Shown here: positions 63,775 to 64,000 of the stretch, in pieces
How positions within the stretch are numbered: the stretch's first letter is position 1
Layout: each line of letters opens with the position of its first letter
Source: Octopus vulgaris
Taxonomy: Eukaryota
Assembly: GCA_951406725.2 (NCBI GenBank)
Contig: OX597829.1
Coordinates: forward strand, 49,910,001-49,974,000
Direction: 5' to 3'
DNA length: 64,000 bases
Translations under genes and position numbers: made by a program
The notes under the pieces: model-generated
What the model saw: only the letters and a program-made list of their open reading frames with translations
Databases searched by the model: none
What the model was told of the DNA's origin: nothing

Positions 63775-64000
63775 TTGAGAAGACCTGTTGAGTCAAGTAA
63801 AACCAATATCGTAGCTGGGGCAGGTGCCCCTGGCTGGCTCCTGTCCTGGTGACATTTAAAAAGCACCATCTGAATGTGGTCGATGTCAGGTCCACCTGAC
63901 TGGCTCCTGTGCTAGTGGCACATAAAAAGCACCAACCAAATGCAGCCTCAGACTGGCTCCCATGCAGGTGACACGTAAAAAGCACCATCTGAACGTGGTC
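63775..64000 (+). mobile_element. RTE 3' UTR fragment running off the window
   Basis: ttgagaagacctgttgagtcaagt and aaagcaccatctgaa units, as at 19658-19780. Confidence 0.85.

Overview
AT-rich, repeat-saturated eukaryotic DNA with no intact host gene and no prokaryotic features. The SINE, RTE and microsatellite families look like those of a cephalopod (Octopus-like); this is inferred, not verified. Nearly all long ORFs in the track are microsatellite read-throughs. Recognisable content: (1) four tRNA-derived SINE families, over 30 copies or fragments; (2) a 5'-truncated RTE LINE (17835-20257) whose RT carries a PHD-like Cys/His finger and which is bracketed by an inverted copy of its own 3' tail; (3) a 3.3-kb array of about 36 copies of a 93-bp unit derived from a SINE 3' end; (4) a hATm-like DNA transposon (34568-39287; TIRs and 8-bp TSD) holding BovB-like RTE, R4/Dong-like, RTE zinc-finger, SINE and solo-LTR insertions; (5) two Penelope-like GIY-YIG pseudogenes, plus several short fold-back inserts, some with minimal hammerhead ribozyme cores; (6) a decayed hAT-Buster transposase, Tc1/mariner relics and MITEs, and a non-autonomous Helitron. 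A few candidate spliced exons are noted at low confidence. Coordinates were read by eye: TIR, TSD and palindrome ends were counted, while decayed-element boundaries are approximate.
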